Source: Vairimorpha necatrix
Lineage: Eukaryota
Reading direction: 5' to 3'
Assembly (NCBI GenBank): GCA_036630325.1
Contig: CP142730.1
Span: forward strand, 248,001 to 312,000
DNA: 64,000 nucleotides
The notes under the pieces are model-generated. The model was not told the origin of the DNA. It ran no database searches and saw only the letters and a program-made list of their open reading frames with translations. Each line of letters begins with the position of its first letter. The first letter of the stretch is position 1. Made by a program: the position numbers and the translations under genes. Of this stretch, positions 14,008 to 25,885 are shown one piece after another.

Positions 14008-14276
14008 GCGTTGACCCCTAGGATTTCCAGCTTGTGCAAGCATTGATCCTCAATGAAACTTCATCCCGTGCAAGCATTGACCCCCAAGATTTACAACCCG
14101 TGCAGGCGTTGACCCCTAGGATTTACAACACGTGCAGGCGTTGACCCCAAGATTTACAACCCGTGCAGGCGTTGACCCCTAGGATTTACAACACGTGCAG
14201 GCTTTGACCCCCAAGATTTAAAACACGTGCAAGCGTTGACCTCTAGGATTTACAACACGTGCAGGCGTTGACCCCT
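14008..14276 (+). repeat. subterminal tandem repeat, about 32-bp unit x about 8
   Basis: Unit GCGTTGACCCCTAGGATTTACAACACGTGCAG; each unit repeats the inner TIR motif. Confidence 0.9.
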
Positions 14277-14322
14277 CCTTTTGGAAAGCCCAGTCTAAGT
14301 TAAATCTTTTTTAAATAAATAT

Positions 14323-14396
14323 ATGCACTTGTTTGGATTCGAACCCGCGTCCCATGTGAAAGAATCAAGCAAGCATACCACTCGACCATGGCATAC
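14323..14396 (-). pseudogene. tRNA-like (Pol III promoter) sequence, possibly derived from tRNA-Glu
   Basis: A box TGGTCGAGTGGT, B box GGTTCGAATCC, CTTTCAC anticodon-loop-like heptamer; stems pair poorly. Confidence 0.55.
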
Positions 14397-15088
14397 TAGA
14401 TAAAACGAAATAAAAAATAAGAAAATTGTGGTATCCTTGCTTAAAGATCCACACATTTATTAATTTTATTTTATTTTGTTTTGTTTCGTTTGTTTGTTTG
14501 TTTGGGTACCAAATAAACAATAAAAGCTATAAATAAAAAATAGACCCTGACCCACACGATACAAGATGAAACACAACCAACAAAGAATTAAGGAAACAGA
14601 CCGAACAACGACCGGGGACAGACCTGGATTAAACAATAAAAATATTAATAATAAACTGAATTTTAATAAAAGTATTTTGGAGACGTATTTCAGAGTGGGA
14701 TACATCAAAAATACTTACATAATGACAATTGATAAATAAAAAGATTTTTTTTATCCCCTTAAAAATGATTCTTCCTCCCAGAAATGCTAGTGAATACAGT
14801 AATTTAAAATTAGTTTTACTAGGCAGGGACAATATAGTTGTTTTAGAAAAGCAACAAAAAAAAACGGTTGAAACAAAAAGCTGGTAATTACCTTCTTATA
14901 GATGGGGCGCTATATTTAAGGGACGAGGCTAATGGGAACTACCTCAAGGTTTTTCAAAGTGACCAGCTTGAGGCCATGGAAGTGGAATGTAGAGCTTTCC
15001 ACCAGCTTCATCACAGGGGCGTTAACCGATTCGAAGCATCATGCAATAAGGTTTTTTTAAAAATTCCTAGGGACATTATAAGAAAATC

Positions 15089-17530
15089 GGCGCTACTAAA
15101 TTATCTCGGCCAAGGGGTGAAAATAGGGGTAAAAAAATAAATAATTCGTTCAAATTTAAAGGGTAACTTTTTCTTGGCCGAGATAATTGAGTAAAGGTGA
15201 AAAAAGGATTAAAATCCGCCCCAAACATGGAAAAACTTATTGACGAGCTAACAAGCTTAGACTTCTCCCATGAAATATTCCAAAACAACGAAAGAGCATT
15301 GGAATTTTTCACAAGACATAATGTTTTCGGAGTTCTCTTATTTGTGATAAGTGTGGTAGTGCTAATCGCTTGCAAACCGAGAGAAAAGCACTAGACGGGA
15401 AAGTTTTCCGATGTGTCAACACATCATTTAGGAGAAGGATGTCCACAAGGAAGGGTTCAAAGTAAGAAAAAATTAGAATTAATGCAAACAAAGTTTTAAA
15501 AGGAATACATTGCTGGATTTTTAACGCCAGCAGCTATCACGCAGAAATTTATGCCAAATATCTGAGCCAGCCTACATAAAACTAAAAAACATAATTGATG
15601 AACTGATTGGGGAAAGAGAACAAGAGGAGAAACAGATTGGCGGTGAAGGCGTTGAAGTACAATTCGACGAAACTGCTATCTGTAATGGGTTAATAATCGA
15701 GAACCCATCAAGTGTAGATGATGATATTCCTGGGATACAATGAATTTTAGGCAGCGTAGAGAAGGATAATTTCAGAATTTTGTTTTAAAAATAATTCTAA
15801 ACAGAAAAAAAGAAACGATATGTTAGGCCGGGTTCTATAATAGTAACAGATGGAAATCCTTCGTATCCATGGGCAGTGCGTCAATTTGGGTCAGTTCACT
15901 ACGTTGTAAATCACAGTGAAGGGTTTAGCACACAGGGAGGAACAAACACCAATCAGATTGAAAACCTGTGGTCTCATTTGAAGCAGTAATATTGTGCACG
16001 AGGTGGTGTAAATAAAAAGAGAATCCAAATATTTTTAAATGAATTCGTATGGAAAAAAAGGAATATAAATAATTATGACCCCAAGTCCCTTCTTTTAGCC
16101 TTCTTTAAAATAATATTACTTTTTTCTACATCTTTCAATTAAAATTTTGGAGGAAGGATCCGAAACACCCCCCCCCTCAGAGGGTGTTCACTTTATTTTT
16201 TCGAACCCCAAAATTGAAGTGCAAAAAAAGGAGGAGCAAGAAGGAGACAAAAATTTCTAACCACTTTAAATATTAAAAATATAAAATAAATATATATATT
16301 TAAATACAGAATTTAATTTTAAATTGATTTATTTAATCAAAAGTGATTTTCATTAATTTTTCGAACGTATTTTTGGATTATTTCTTTTAAAAACAAATAA
16401 GTTTAACCAAGGTGTAATATGTTTTTTGGACCTATATCTAAACGGAATTCCTAATTTTACGCCTGCCCATGTACCTTCGATGTGGTTTGTGTGTACACCT
16501 GTCGTCAAGTTTAAAAAACCAATGGAGTGGTTAACAGTAAAATGTCTGTATATGCCAAATTTGAAAAGGTTTACGTAGCCTTTCCAACAATCTGTATATA
16601 TGATACTTCCTGCTTTAACATATTTGAGAATTACACTTTCTAGTGTAATTGCCTTCCTATTTTCTACTTCAACTAACACTATTTTCCTTTGTGTGGTCCT
16701 TTCAACCATCCCAAGAACCCATACTCCATCGACTTTATGTCCTCTATGATTTTTTTCGCTTACCGAACTTAGATTCGTCTATTTCAACTATGATGTCTGG
16801 ACCACCAATCATTTCATTGCTTTTTAGGTCTTTTGCAATGTTTTTTATTGTTTTATATACCGCCTTTTTACTTTTTGATAATATTTAAATTATTGTTTTA
16901 GCGGGAGTATTGTTTATAAATAGAAATATTGCTTGGCTTATTTGTAACCAACTTAATTTTGTTCGGAAAAAAGGTTTTTTATACACTAAAGGCATTTCAA
17001 ACCTACATCTTTTTTTACTACATCTTATAAGATTTTGTGTTTCCTTTGTCTTTTTCATATTACCAAGACATTTTGGACAAAATCTCCCTAATATTCATGA
17101 ATCAATGCATTTAAGCATGATTTCTTCTACGTCTTTATATTTTTCTTCTGGCATTTCTTAAAAGTAGGGGCAAATAACCAAAATATAAAGTAAAATATAG
17201 AAAATTTAATATGCCCAAAAAACAAGTTCTAATAAAGACGGGAAGTATTTTCTGGTTTAAAATTAAATTCTGTATTTAAATATATATATTTATTTTATAT
17301 TTTTAATATTTTAAGTGGTTAGAAATTTTTGTCTCCTTCTTGCTCCTCCTTTTTTTGCACTTCAATTTGGGGGTTCGAAAAAATAAAGTGAACACCCTCT
17401 GAGGGGGGGGTGTTTGGGCATCTTCAGCCAAAATTTTAATTCAGTTTTTTTTTTTTTTTAAAAAAATTTCTATCTACCAACTTTTTTTTTACCCCTCTTT
17501 TTAAAGTGGCCGAGATAATTTAGTAGCGCC
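15089..17530 (+). mobile_element. Merlin DNA transposon, degenerate
   Basis: TIR GGCGCTACTAAATTATCTCGGCCA; TSD AGAAAATC/GAAAAATC; transposase remnants about 15227-16141 (QFDETAIC, TNQIENLWS). Confidence 0.9.
16149..17429 (-). mobile_element. Merlin DNA transposon with TIRs of about 175 bp
   Basis: Long near-identical inverted ends; perfect TSD AAAATTTT; ORF 16353-16709 (IYTDCW, HTNHIEG). Confidence 0.92.
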
Positions 17531-18849
17531 GAAAAATCGTTTCCGAATGCATCACATGTGGACAATCACAACCGTTAAAAAATAAAGAGCGCCAAGTACA
17601 TATTACGGCCTCTAAACCGATGGAACGAATTATGATCGATTTAATCGATATGACACGCTATAAAAGGTTTAACGATGGGTATTGTTGGATTTTAACAATT
17701 TTAGATGTGTATTCTAAGTTTGCCTGGGCCTTTCCATTGAAAAGTAAAACAGGTGATGAGGTTACAAAAAACCTTAAATTTTTATTTTACAATATGACTG
17801 GTCCGGCCAAGATCCTTCAAAGCGATAATGGAAAGGAATTCTGCAATTTCTATATAAATAAACTTTGTTCAGACTTTTTTATTGTTCAAAAACATAGTAG
17901 GCCCCGTCACCCACAATCAAACGGGCAAATAGAAAGGTTTAACCAAACTTTAACGCGAACAATACAAAAACATGTATTTGAAGAAAGTATGTTAGCCGTT
18001 GACCATTCTAAAACCGAAGAAGAAAAGGAATGGCTGAAACATCTAGATAAAGTAGCTTACAACTGCAATTTGGCCAAACATAGTGCGACAAAGCAGGCCC
18101 CGTTTAATTTATTCTTAAAAATACCAGGATTTCGTTCTGTTTATACGCAAGATGAGAACGAGTCTATAGATGATACCTTAAAAGAAATTGAAATGATACT
18201 CGAGACAAAAAATAAAAGAGATTTGTCGAATAGTGTTTTTTATGAGCAAACTGAAACTGGTTCAGTTGATCCAAATTACCTTGCAAGAATGAATCGTCAT
18301 TCATTAGTTCATATCTCAAAATATACTTTTGAAATTGGTGACAAAGTCATTGTAGCTAAAGACTTTGATAATAATATCAAAACAAAAAAACTAAAATTAT
18401 CTTAATTTTTTTCTAAAGAAGTTAAGATTATAGAAATTCTCTCAAACAACAGAGTGAAATGTGAAATTGAAGAAGGAACTCAAATTTTCCCTATGTCGAG
18501 GCTTAAAAAACTTTAATTAAAATTCAATTTTAGAATTTTTTGTGTTCTTTTTATTTCTTATTTTTTTACGTTTTTTTTTGGGGGGGGTCAACGCTGCGCG
18601 CCACATTTATTATACAGCCTAGAACATTTATTTCTGCCTTAAAAAATGCATTATTGAATTTTATCTTGACGCATTTCCCGCGTAGTTTATTCAAAACATT
18701 ATCTATAATTTTAAAACGATCTTCTTTGGTTTGAGTATAAATGACTATGTCGTCGATGTAAACAAAACAGTTTGGCACATCGTGCAATATATCTGATACA
18801 TACCTCTGGAACATCTTTGGTCCGAGGTTTATGCCAAAAGGGATGTACT

Positions 18850-20285
18850 GGTGCTTCTTTGGTATTCGATCGGACCCAAAGATACCCCCTTGTAATGGAA
18901 AAAAATATTGAAAAAATAGGAAAGAATACTAGAAATATATTTTAATTAAATAAATTAGATAATAAATTGGCCTGTATAAAAGAAACTTTGCATTTTTTGT
19001 AATAGCTTTCTAGAATGTTATAATTTAATATTGTTTTATTGATGGTTTCTCTATTTCTCTTATACTCCATACCCTTCAGAGACAGACTTTCTTTTATAGT
19101 TTATTTTTAATTTATTAATTGTTGTCAACACTAAACACATACATTGGCGTACTTACTAATGTAGTAACAGTCGTGCAACTTTCGTTTGTTTGTTTGTTTG
19201 TGTGACTCATCTTGACAGGCCGCTTGTGATGCCCAACGTGTCATTAGAGATGTGTGACAGGCGATGTTTATGACACATGCCCTTGTAATGTAGTAAAATA
19301 CATCACATAAATAAAGATAACATCATAAAACTCATTTAAATCGTCACCTTTACTTTTAAATTTTCAAACATAAATTCAATAAGCCAAGTATCAATTTTTG
19401 TACGCTATACTCCATATTCCTTAGTCATTTCAGATTTTACCTGCGACCAAATGTTCTCAATATTGTTGGTATGAGTTCCATCTGGAGATCTAAAACCTAA
19501 AGAATGATTTACAACCTTATGCTCGAGACAAAGATTTCGAGCCACACCTGGATAACTTGGATGACCATCACTATGTAAAATTGAACCGATACTATTTTAC
19601 TTTTTAAAGCCTCTGTTAAACACTCGACGGTTCTGTTCTCAACTCTTGTAATGTAAAAGTTTGTGGGATTATCAGACTCTACTATCGCCAATATCCAAAC
19701 AGTGTCAGGTGTAAAATCGTCTGAGCTTGTTGGATATCTTATTTTACATCTTCTACAGATGACAGACTCATCCACTTGACAAAATTACCTGGTCCACAAA
19801 TAATTAGACTTTTATACATTCTATTTTTAAAAATTTGTCTAAGTTGTTTCTTGCATTGGCTACTGTTAGTGACGAAACTCCCAGTTTTGAATCTAAAGTA
19901 AGGTAGCTACTTCAAAATAGAATTAAAAAAAATTATTCGCAGTAGTTATTTAAAGGCAACTTGCTTCCTTTATTTATGAATACCTTTGCACTGCACTTAT
20001 AGTCTGTGCACCTGTATACCACTCTTTTAATTCCTCTTTCATTAAATATCACTAATTTTGCAACCTCACTGCATTTGCAACATATTTTTTTTGTTCTGAA
20101 ACACTTCTAACTCAATTAATGAGTTCAAACAATCGTCAGTACTGTAGAAAATCCTCTTTATTGGCTTGATTTTCACTTTCGTGCTTTTCTTCGGTATTCG
20201 ATCAGAAATTTGAAAATTTGAATTTTTGATTTTTAGGGGTCGGAATTTTTTATAAAAATCTCCGATCGAATACCAAAGAAGCGCC
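18850..20285 (-). mobile_element. Merlin DNA transposon, degenerate
   Basis: TIR GG(C/T)GCTTCTTTGGTATTCGATCGGA; ORF 19509-19775 (VDES); HTNNIENIW near 19450; decayed TSD. Confidence 0.88.
18968..19307 (-). mobile_element. solo LTR
   Basis: TG..CA ends; TSD TAAAT; homologous to the solo LTR starting at 33648. Confidence 0.8.
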
Positions 20286-21975
20286 GATTCTCTTGTATTG
20301 GTACTGTCAGCTCAATAACATAAATATGGTATATTTTTACTTTCTTGGTTTATTTTAATTTGATTGAAGCCATTTGAAGTTCTACTGACAAAAATAATTG
20401 TTTTCTCGCATAGTTTGCAAACAGTCATTTATTTTTGGTAAAACTCAGGAATCATCTTCTATGTATTCGTTTATCTTCTTGTAGTCAACGACCAATCTAA
20501 GGTCATTATTCCTTTTCTTTAGAAAGAAAGCTAGGCTCGGAAAAGGTGAGTTGCTCAACTCGATTATGACTTTCTTTAGCAATCTGGAAATCTCTTTCTT
20601 CCCTTGTTCGAAATATTATGGGGAAATCCATCCTTCGACTGTATAACCTTCATGTTTTGTTTTATTGAAAATGTTGCAGGTTCAGACAGCATGTATTTAA
20701 AACTGGAGTTTCAAAGGATACACTCCTTAATTTTTTTGGTTTTCTTTAGCTTTCACGAGGAAGCATATTTTTTTCACTAAGCCGGCCATCTGAAATTTCA
20801 TCATTATTTTTCTTACAGTCTAGCAGCTTCACTATTTTATAATTAACTTTAAGCGATCTCTTACCAAAATCTATCATGCAGTTGTTGTTTTCGAAAAAAT
20901 TTAGACCCAATAAAAAGTTTACGGGTAGACTCTTTAGAACATAAAAATCGATACAATGATCATCTTCTCCTATAGTTACAGTTTCCCTCACGATGCGCGA
21001 GGACGTTTCTTCTTCTCCATTCCCAAATGAGATTCCTTTTGGTTTTGTCTCCTCGTGTTTTAGTGCTAATCTTTTCGCCATGTCCTCTAAAATTAAGTTT
21101 TCATCAGATCCATTGTCCAACATGAATATTTCCAATGATTTTTTTATTTTGGCCCTTTTATGCAAGCTTCTTGATCCAGTTTGCTTCGTCTCGATTATAA
21201 TATACGACTTTCTTTCTTCCTTTGGTTCCCTCTTTGCTATTTCGTCGCTTTTATGGTAGCAATCCCGTGTATAGTAAGATCTTACTTTGTGAACAGAACA
21301 CCATTTACTTTTTCTTAGCATTCTTCCTGATCCTTCTGGTATTTCATAATTATTATTCTTGAAGTTAAATTGAGATATTCGGGCTCCTTCCAGGGTTGCC
21401 TGTAAACTAATCATTTCTAACAGATCTTATAAATAATTTCAAACTTCGTCCATTTCCTTGTTTTTCATTCCTGATTTTAAAACGTCAATGGCAGTTTATA
21501 TGCCTAATCCTCTCTCAAAAGTCTGTTTCAATCTAACATCAGATTATTTTTTCGATAGGTTCATAGATAGTCCGTAGACTTCAATCATCGATTCTATTTT
21601 CTCGTAGTGATCTAGATACTTTCATAATTTACTTGCTTTATAATTTCCATCTCTTAAAAAAATGCTACATCGTTTTTTGAATATCTCACTTACAGCAGTT
21701 CTTTTTTTTGTTTTTTGAAGCTTTTCTTGGTTAGATTATCTTTTACCTTAGAATCTTCAATCAAAGAATGGTAGATGAGTCCCATCTGCTCATCAGTCCA
21801 TTTATTAGCTGCTCCTAGATCTTCAAATAGCTCAAGTTGCTTTATGGTGCAGTCTCGTTTTAGATTTTTTAATTTTAAAATTTTTTCTTTTACTACTATT
21901 GTAGTTCCATCTATAGTCTTATCAAATGGTATATGCTTCACTATCATTTTGTTTCTCGGTACTCATACTTTTTTT

Positions 21976-23143
21976 GATTAAGTTGCGATGTTACACCCAC
22001 CCCCACCCCTGAAAAAATAAAAAAAGACAAAACTAAAATTTATTTAATTCAAAGAAAACCAAATTCAGGCGCTAAATCGTAATTTAAAAATGATATATTA
22101 TTATTTCAAAAAAGCATAACAGTTTTTCAGGTTGTTTCTCTATAAATTAACTTTAAACGTGCTATATTTGGTTTTCGAATGAGATATATTAAAGAACCAT
22201 GGCTTGTTCCTTCTTTGCGTAATTCCCTTTTAATTAAAAACCACATTCCCTCAATTGTTTGGGTGTGGGCGCCTGTTGTTGGATTTACAAAATTTTGGCT
22301 ATGATTTACAGTTAAATGTATATGGTTATAATCCGGACATAGTTCCGCAAACCCCTTCATACCCCCGCCAACAATCAGTAATAATTGTAGATCCGGGTGC
22401 GATTTTTCGTTTTATTAAATCGACAAGAGTAGTTCTATACCGATTTTCAACAATTTCGAAAAAAAAAGAATTGCTGTCTCCTCTTACTACTCCACCAACA
22501 GCCCAAACTTGGTATTGAAGGATTCTACAGTTATGGTTTTTACTTTTAACAAGCAATATCTCGTCTATTTCAACTACGCAATTTAAACCTCCTATGGTTT
22601 TGTTTTGAAGGTAGTTAAAATAGGATAAGAATACAGCGTTATTAAAATGCGTAAACCAGCGAGATACGGTACTACTATTTATATTCAATTCGATAGTAGC
22701 CGAAACATTGCTTACACCTTTAACCCATTCACACAGCAAAATTAAAAGATCATCGATATCTAATCTAGAACTTTTAAAAATGCTTTCTTTGTAAATGTTA
22801 CCTTTGTTTGGGCATTTTCTCCCATTTCGTCGTAAGTAACAACGATATTTGTCCAAATTATTTCTAATTTTGGTCATGGGTGTCATGCACTTATTGCACA
22901 TGGGCACCTTTAATATATTTTTTTCAAGAATAAATAAAAATAATTCTCTTTTTTATATTGTAATTTTCTAAAATGTTTTATGTTCATTTTAGGGGCATAA
23001 TTTTATTCCTTTTTTAGTTTTGTCTTTTTTTTTATTTTTTCCCCTTTTTTTTATTTTTTCCTCTTTTTTATTTTTTCCTCTTTTTTTTATTTTTTCCCCT
23101 TTTTTTATTTTTTTAGGGGTGGGGGTAACATCGCAATTTAACC
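21976..23143 (-). mobile_element. Merlin DNA transposon, frameshifted
   Basis: TIR GGTTAAATTGCGATGTTAC; ORFs 22326-22907 and 22127-22360; close relative of 47969-49363; no matching TSD, and flanks belong to different Gypsy elements. Confidence 0.9.
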
Positions 23144-25885
23144 TTTTTAAGTTTTAATACATGATTACATGTCCGCAATGTCTGACAATTCGTGGACAAA
23201 TTTAATAAATTGTTTAGCCATTTTTCTGTCATAATAAATTCTTTCTTTTTCATCTTTTTTAAAGTTCTTTTTATTTTCTGTTTTTAATGCACATTCCTCT
23301 ACCCTGAGTTTCATTTCCTGTTCTAACAGGTCGGTCTCACTAATACGATAGCATCTTGACAAAAGGTCGGCTATATTATTTTCTCAAATAACATTGCGTC
23401 TAATTTGCAACATTCCTCATTGGGTAGAAATTTTAATCTCCCCCTTCCTACATAAATTGTTCCTTCTTTGTAGTTTACTACTACTTCATTTGCGACTAGG
23501 AATTCATTTCCTAATATTGCATCGTCGCTGTTGTTTTTTTAAATATTCAATCTTACGTATTTTTCTTTAATTAGGTTCTTTAATGTTATTCTAACAAATA
23601 CTGTTTTGTAAGTTATTTCTTTTTGTACATTGGCAAACTTTGTTTGGATTTCCACATCTTCAATAGGTGATAATTTCGCTTCTTTGATCTTTTTATTACT
23701 AATAAAATTTCTTGTGGCATCTGTATCGATTAAAAATCTGGTTTCTTTCTTTTCAATTGAACCTTCTAATTCAATTCCATTTAATACTTTTATTGGTTCT
23801 TTGATTATCTTAAGATTTTCTCTCGTTTCTTTCTTCTTATTTTCATTTTGTCGGTCTTTATTGTAATAACAGCATTTGGTGTCGTGGCTAGTGTTTTTGT
23901 GTATAGAACACCATTTATTTATATACAAAGATCTTGGGTTATTCGTATTGTTTAAAAGTTTTTTTTACTGTATGATCTTTCTCTTTCTTGATATACTGGC
24001 TTGTCATCAGACACCTTGTTTGGTTTCTTAGTTTCTGCTTTCTTTCGGATCATTTTCTCAATATTTTTTAGGTGATTATAAGCATTTAAGACGTTCTCGC
24101 CTAAGTTATGTTTCATTATTTCAAACGTAAAGTTTCTTCCTAATCCTTAGTAAAAGCATTCGCCTAATGTCTGTTAAATTCCGATTTGCTTATTTCGTAA
24201 TAAGCGCTATAGATACTTATCTTGTTGTGAATCTTTTCATAATAGTTTTCTATAAAAGGAAAATCTATTTGTTGTACCTAAAAGGCTTCTTGCAACATTT
24301 CTTTAGCATCTTGCTCAAAAATTCGTTTAATTAAGTTTCTTTTGGTGTTGCTGCATCTGTAATGAAAATATCTGACTCTAGGCGTCAACCAGTAATTAAA
24401 TTTCGTAGTATCATGATGCCTTGTTCAGCATTCCATTTGTTCTGTGTGGGTATTTCTTCAAATTCCTTAAACCAAGAAATAAAAAATAAATTCTCCGATG
24501 TTTTTTATTATTTTTAAGGCTAAAGTCAGCTTTAACTTAAAAATTTCGATTGGGTTTTTTTTTGATTTTTTTGCCCCTTTTTTTAAAAAATGGAGGAGAG
24601 AAAATGTTGAGGAAGAAACAAAAATAACAAATAAAATAAATAATTTAATAATGCGTGAACCCCCGGGGCAGAAGGGTTCCTTTGTAGCATATACCTAAAT
24701 AAATAAAGTTTCGCACTCCGAACTGATCTATTTTTATTTTGTATAGAATTTTCAAAAGAGCGCCAATTACCTTCTATGGTATTGGTATGAACTCCGGTTA
24801 TTGGATCTCTGAAGTGTCGAGAATGATTTACCACCAGATGTTGGTTAAATATTGAGCCCAAATTACGGTAGGCTCTCCACATATCGCTATAAATTGTACT
24901 ATTTCTGTTTACATACTTGCACAAAAGATTAGTTAGCGTTATTTGGTCTCTTTTCTCAATATATATAAATATAATTCGGCGTTGTATGGTACGTTCGACC
25001 ATACCAAACACCAGAAACCTTTTACTGGTTTGCTGCTATTATATTTATTTTTACCAATCTTAGATTCATCAATTTCTACAATAGTATTATTACCACCTAT
25101 AATTTCGATACTAGCCAGATATGTCTCATAAATATCAATTTCTTTTAACTTTTTTAGTATATTAATATTTGTGGCCGAGAACAACCTAGGATTTGACAGA
25201 TAGACTTACGAGAATATCCAAGAATTTACATATTAAGTATCTGCAATACTGTAATATGGTCTAGTCTAGAATGCTGAAAGAAAGTATCTTTCCATACAGA
25301 AACATTAAATTTGCATTTAGTCCATTTACATCTCAGGATCATGCTTTTTTTGTCCTTTATTTTCATCTCTGGCTCACAAGATCCACATTTGCGTTTCGCC
25401 TTTTCTATTTTCAATTCATAATATATATTTTCAAGTTCTTCTCTTGTTTGAATTCTCTCCTCCATTTTTTTTAAAAAGGGGCAAAAAAATCAAAAAAAAC
25501 CTATATTGAAATTTTTCTGTTAAAGCTGACTTTAGCCATTTTTAAATTTTTCGTGAATTCCAGGTTTGAATCTGGAACTTTGTTTTTAACTTGTATACAA
25601 TCATCTTTATTATTTCGTTTTTTGTTTTGTTCATTAAATGTCTTTGAATTCAATAAAATGTTTGTATTATATTTATATTTATGTTTATTTGATCTGTTTT
25701 TATTGTTGTTCTTCATGCTCGGTGTTTTCTAACCTTTTCGGACTATTTATATTTATTTATGAAACATAACGTTTCATGTCCGATCGTAGAGAACACCGCC
25801 TTTGACTATTCGTTCGAAGCAGTGTTTTACCGATTAAAGTTTTAATACAGTAAAACACAGATGTTATGGTTTTGAGGACATGACA
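23144..25885 (-). mobile_element. internally deleted Ty3/Gypsy element (5' LTR about 25659-25885)
   Basis: gag knuckle WCSIHKNTSHDTKCC; protease FLIDT; ADLLSR/integrase start directly follows the protease; LTR starts TGTCATG on the minus strand. Confidence 0.7.
24518..25537 (-). mobile_element. Merlin DNA transposon, frameshifted
   Basis: TIR GGCTAAAGTCAGCTTTAAC; perfect TSD ATTTTTAA; ORFs 25226-25465, 24939-25184, 24583-25011. Confidence 0.92.

Larger units (their letters stand above)
14765..18516 (+). pseudogene. Ginger-like integrase/transposase, split by Merlin 15089-17530
   Basis: 14868-15088 (HQLHHRG) joins 17531 onward (KIVSECITC) and ORF 17620-18405 (IDLID, LQSDNGKEF, SNGQIERFN). 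Confidence 0.85.
13996..18605 (+). mobile_element. Ginger-like DNA transposon (Gypsy-type integrase with TIRs)
   Basis: TIRs TGTGGCGCGC(G)AGCGTTGACCCC; TSD TTTAT; integrase with HHCC and D,D(35)E motifs; no RT or LTR. Confidence 0.88.
9128..21975 (-). mobile_element. degenerate Ty3/Gypsy element interrupted by several nested insertions
   Basis: 3' LTR about 9128-9420 with PPT; integrase about 9430-10400; RNase H 12383-12637 (CDASD); RT 18606-18849 (YIDD) plus 20286-20700; protease/gag 20746-21947. The protein sequence rejoins across inserts (VLGCIIN|KNGI|YP). Confidence 0.85.

Noticed and set aside
14008-14276. CRISPR-like array
   Set aside because: Units are contiguous near-identical repeats with no unique spacers, no cas genes are present, and they lie inside a transposon end.
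23020-23115. (TTTTTTTATTTTTTCCCC)n repeat as a telomere or satellite
   Set aside because: It is the subterminal repeat of this Merlin family and also occurs at 49290-49540.
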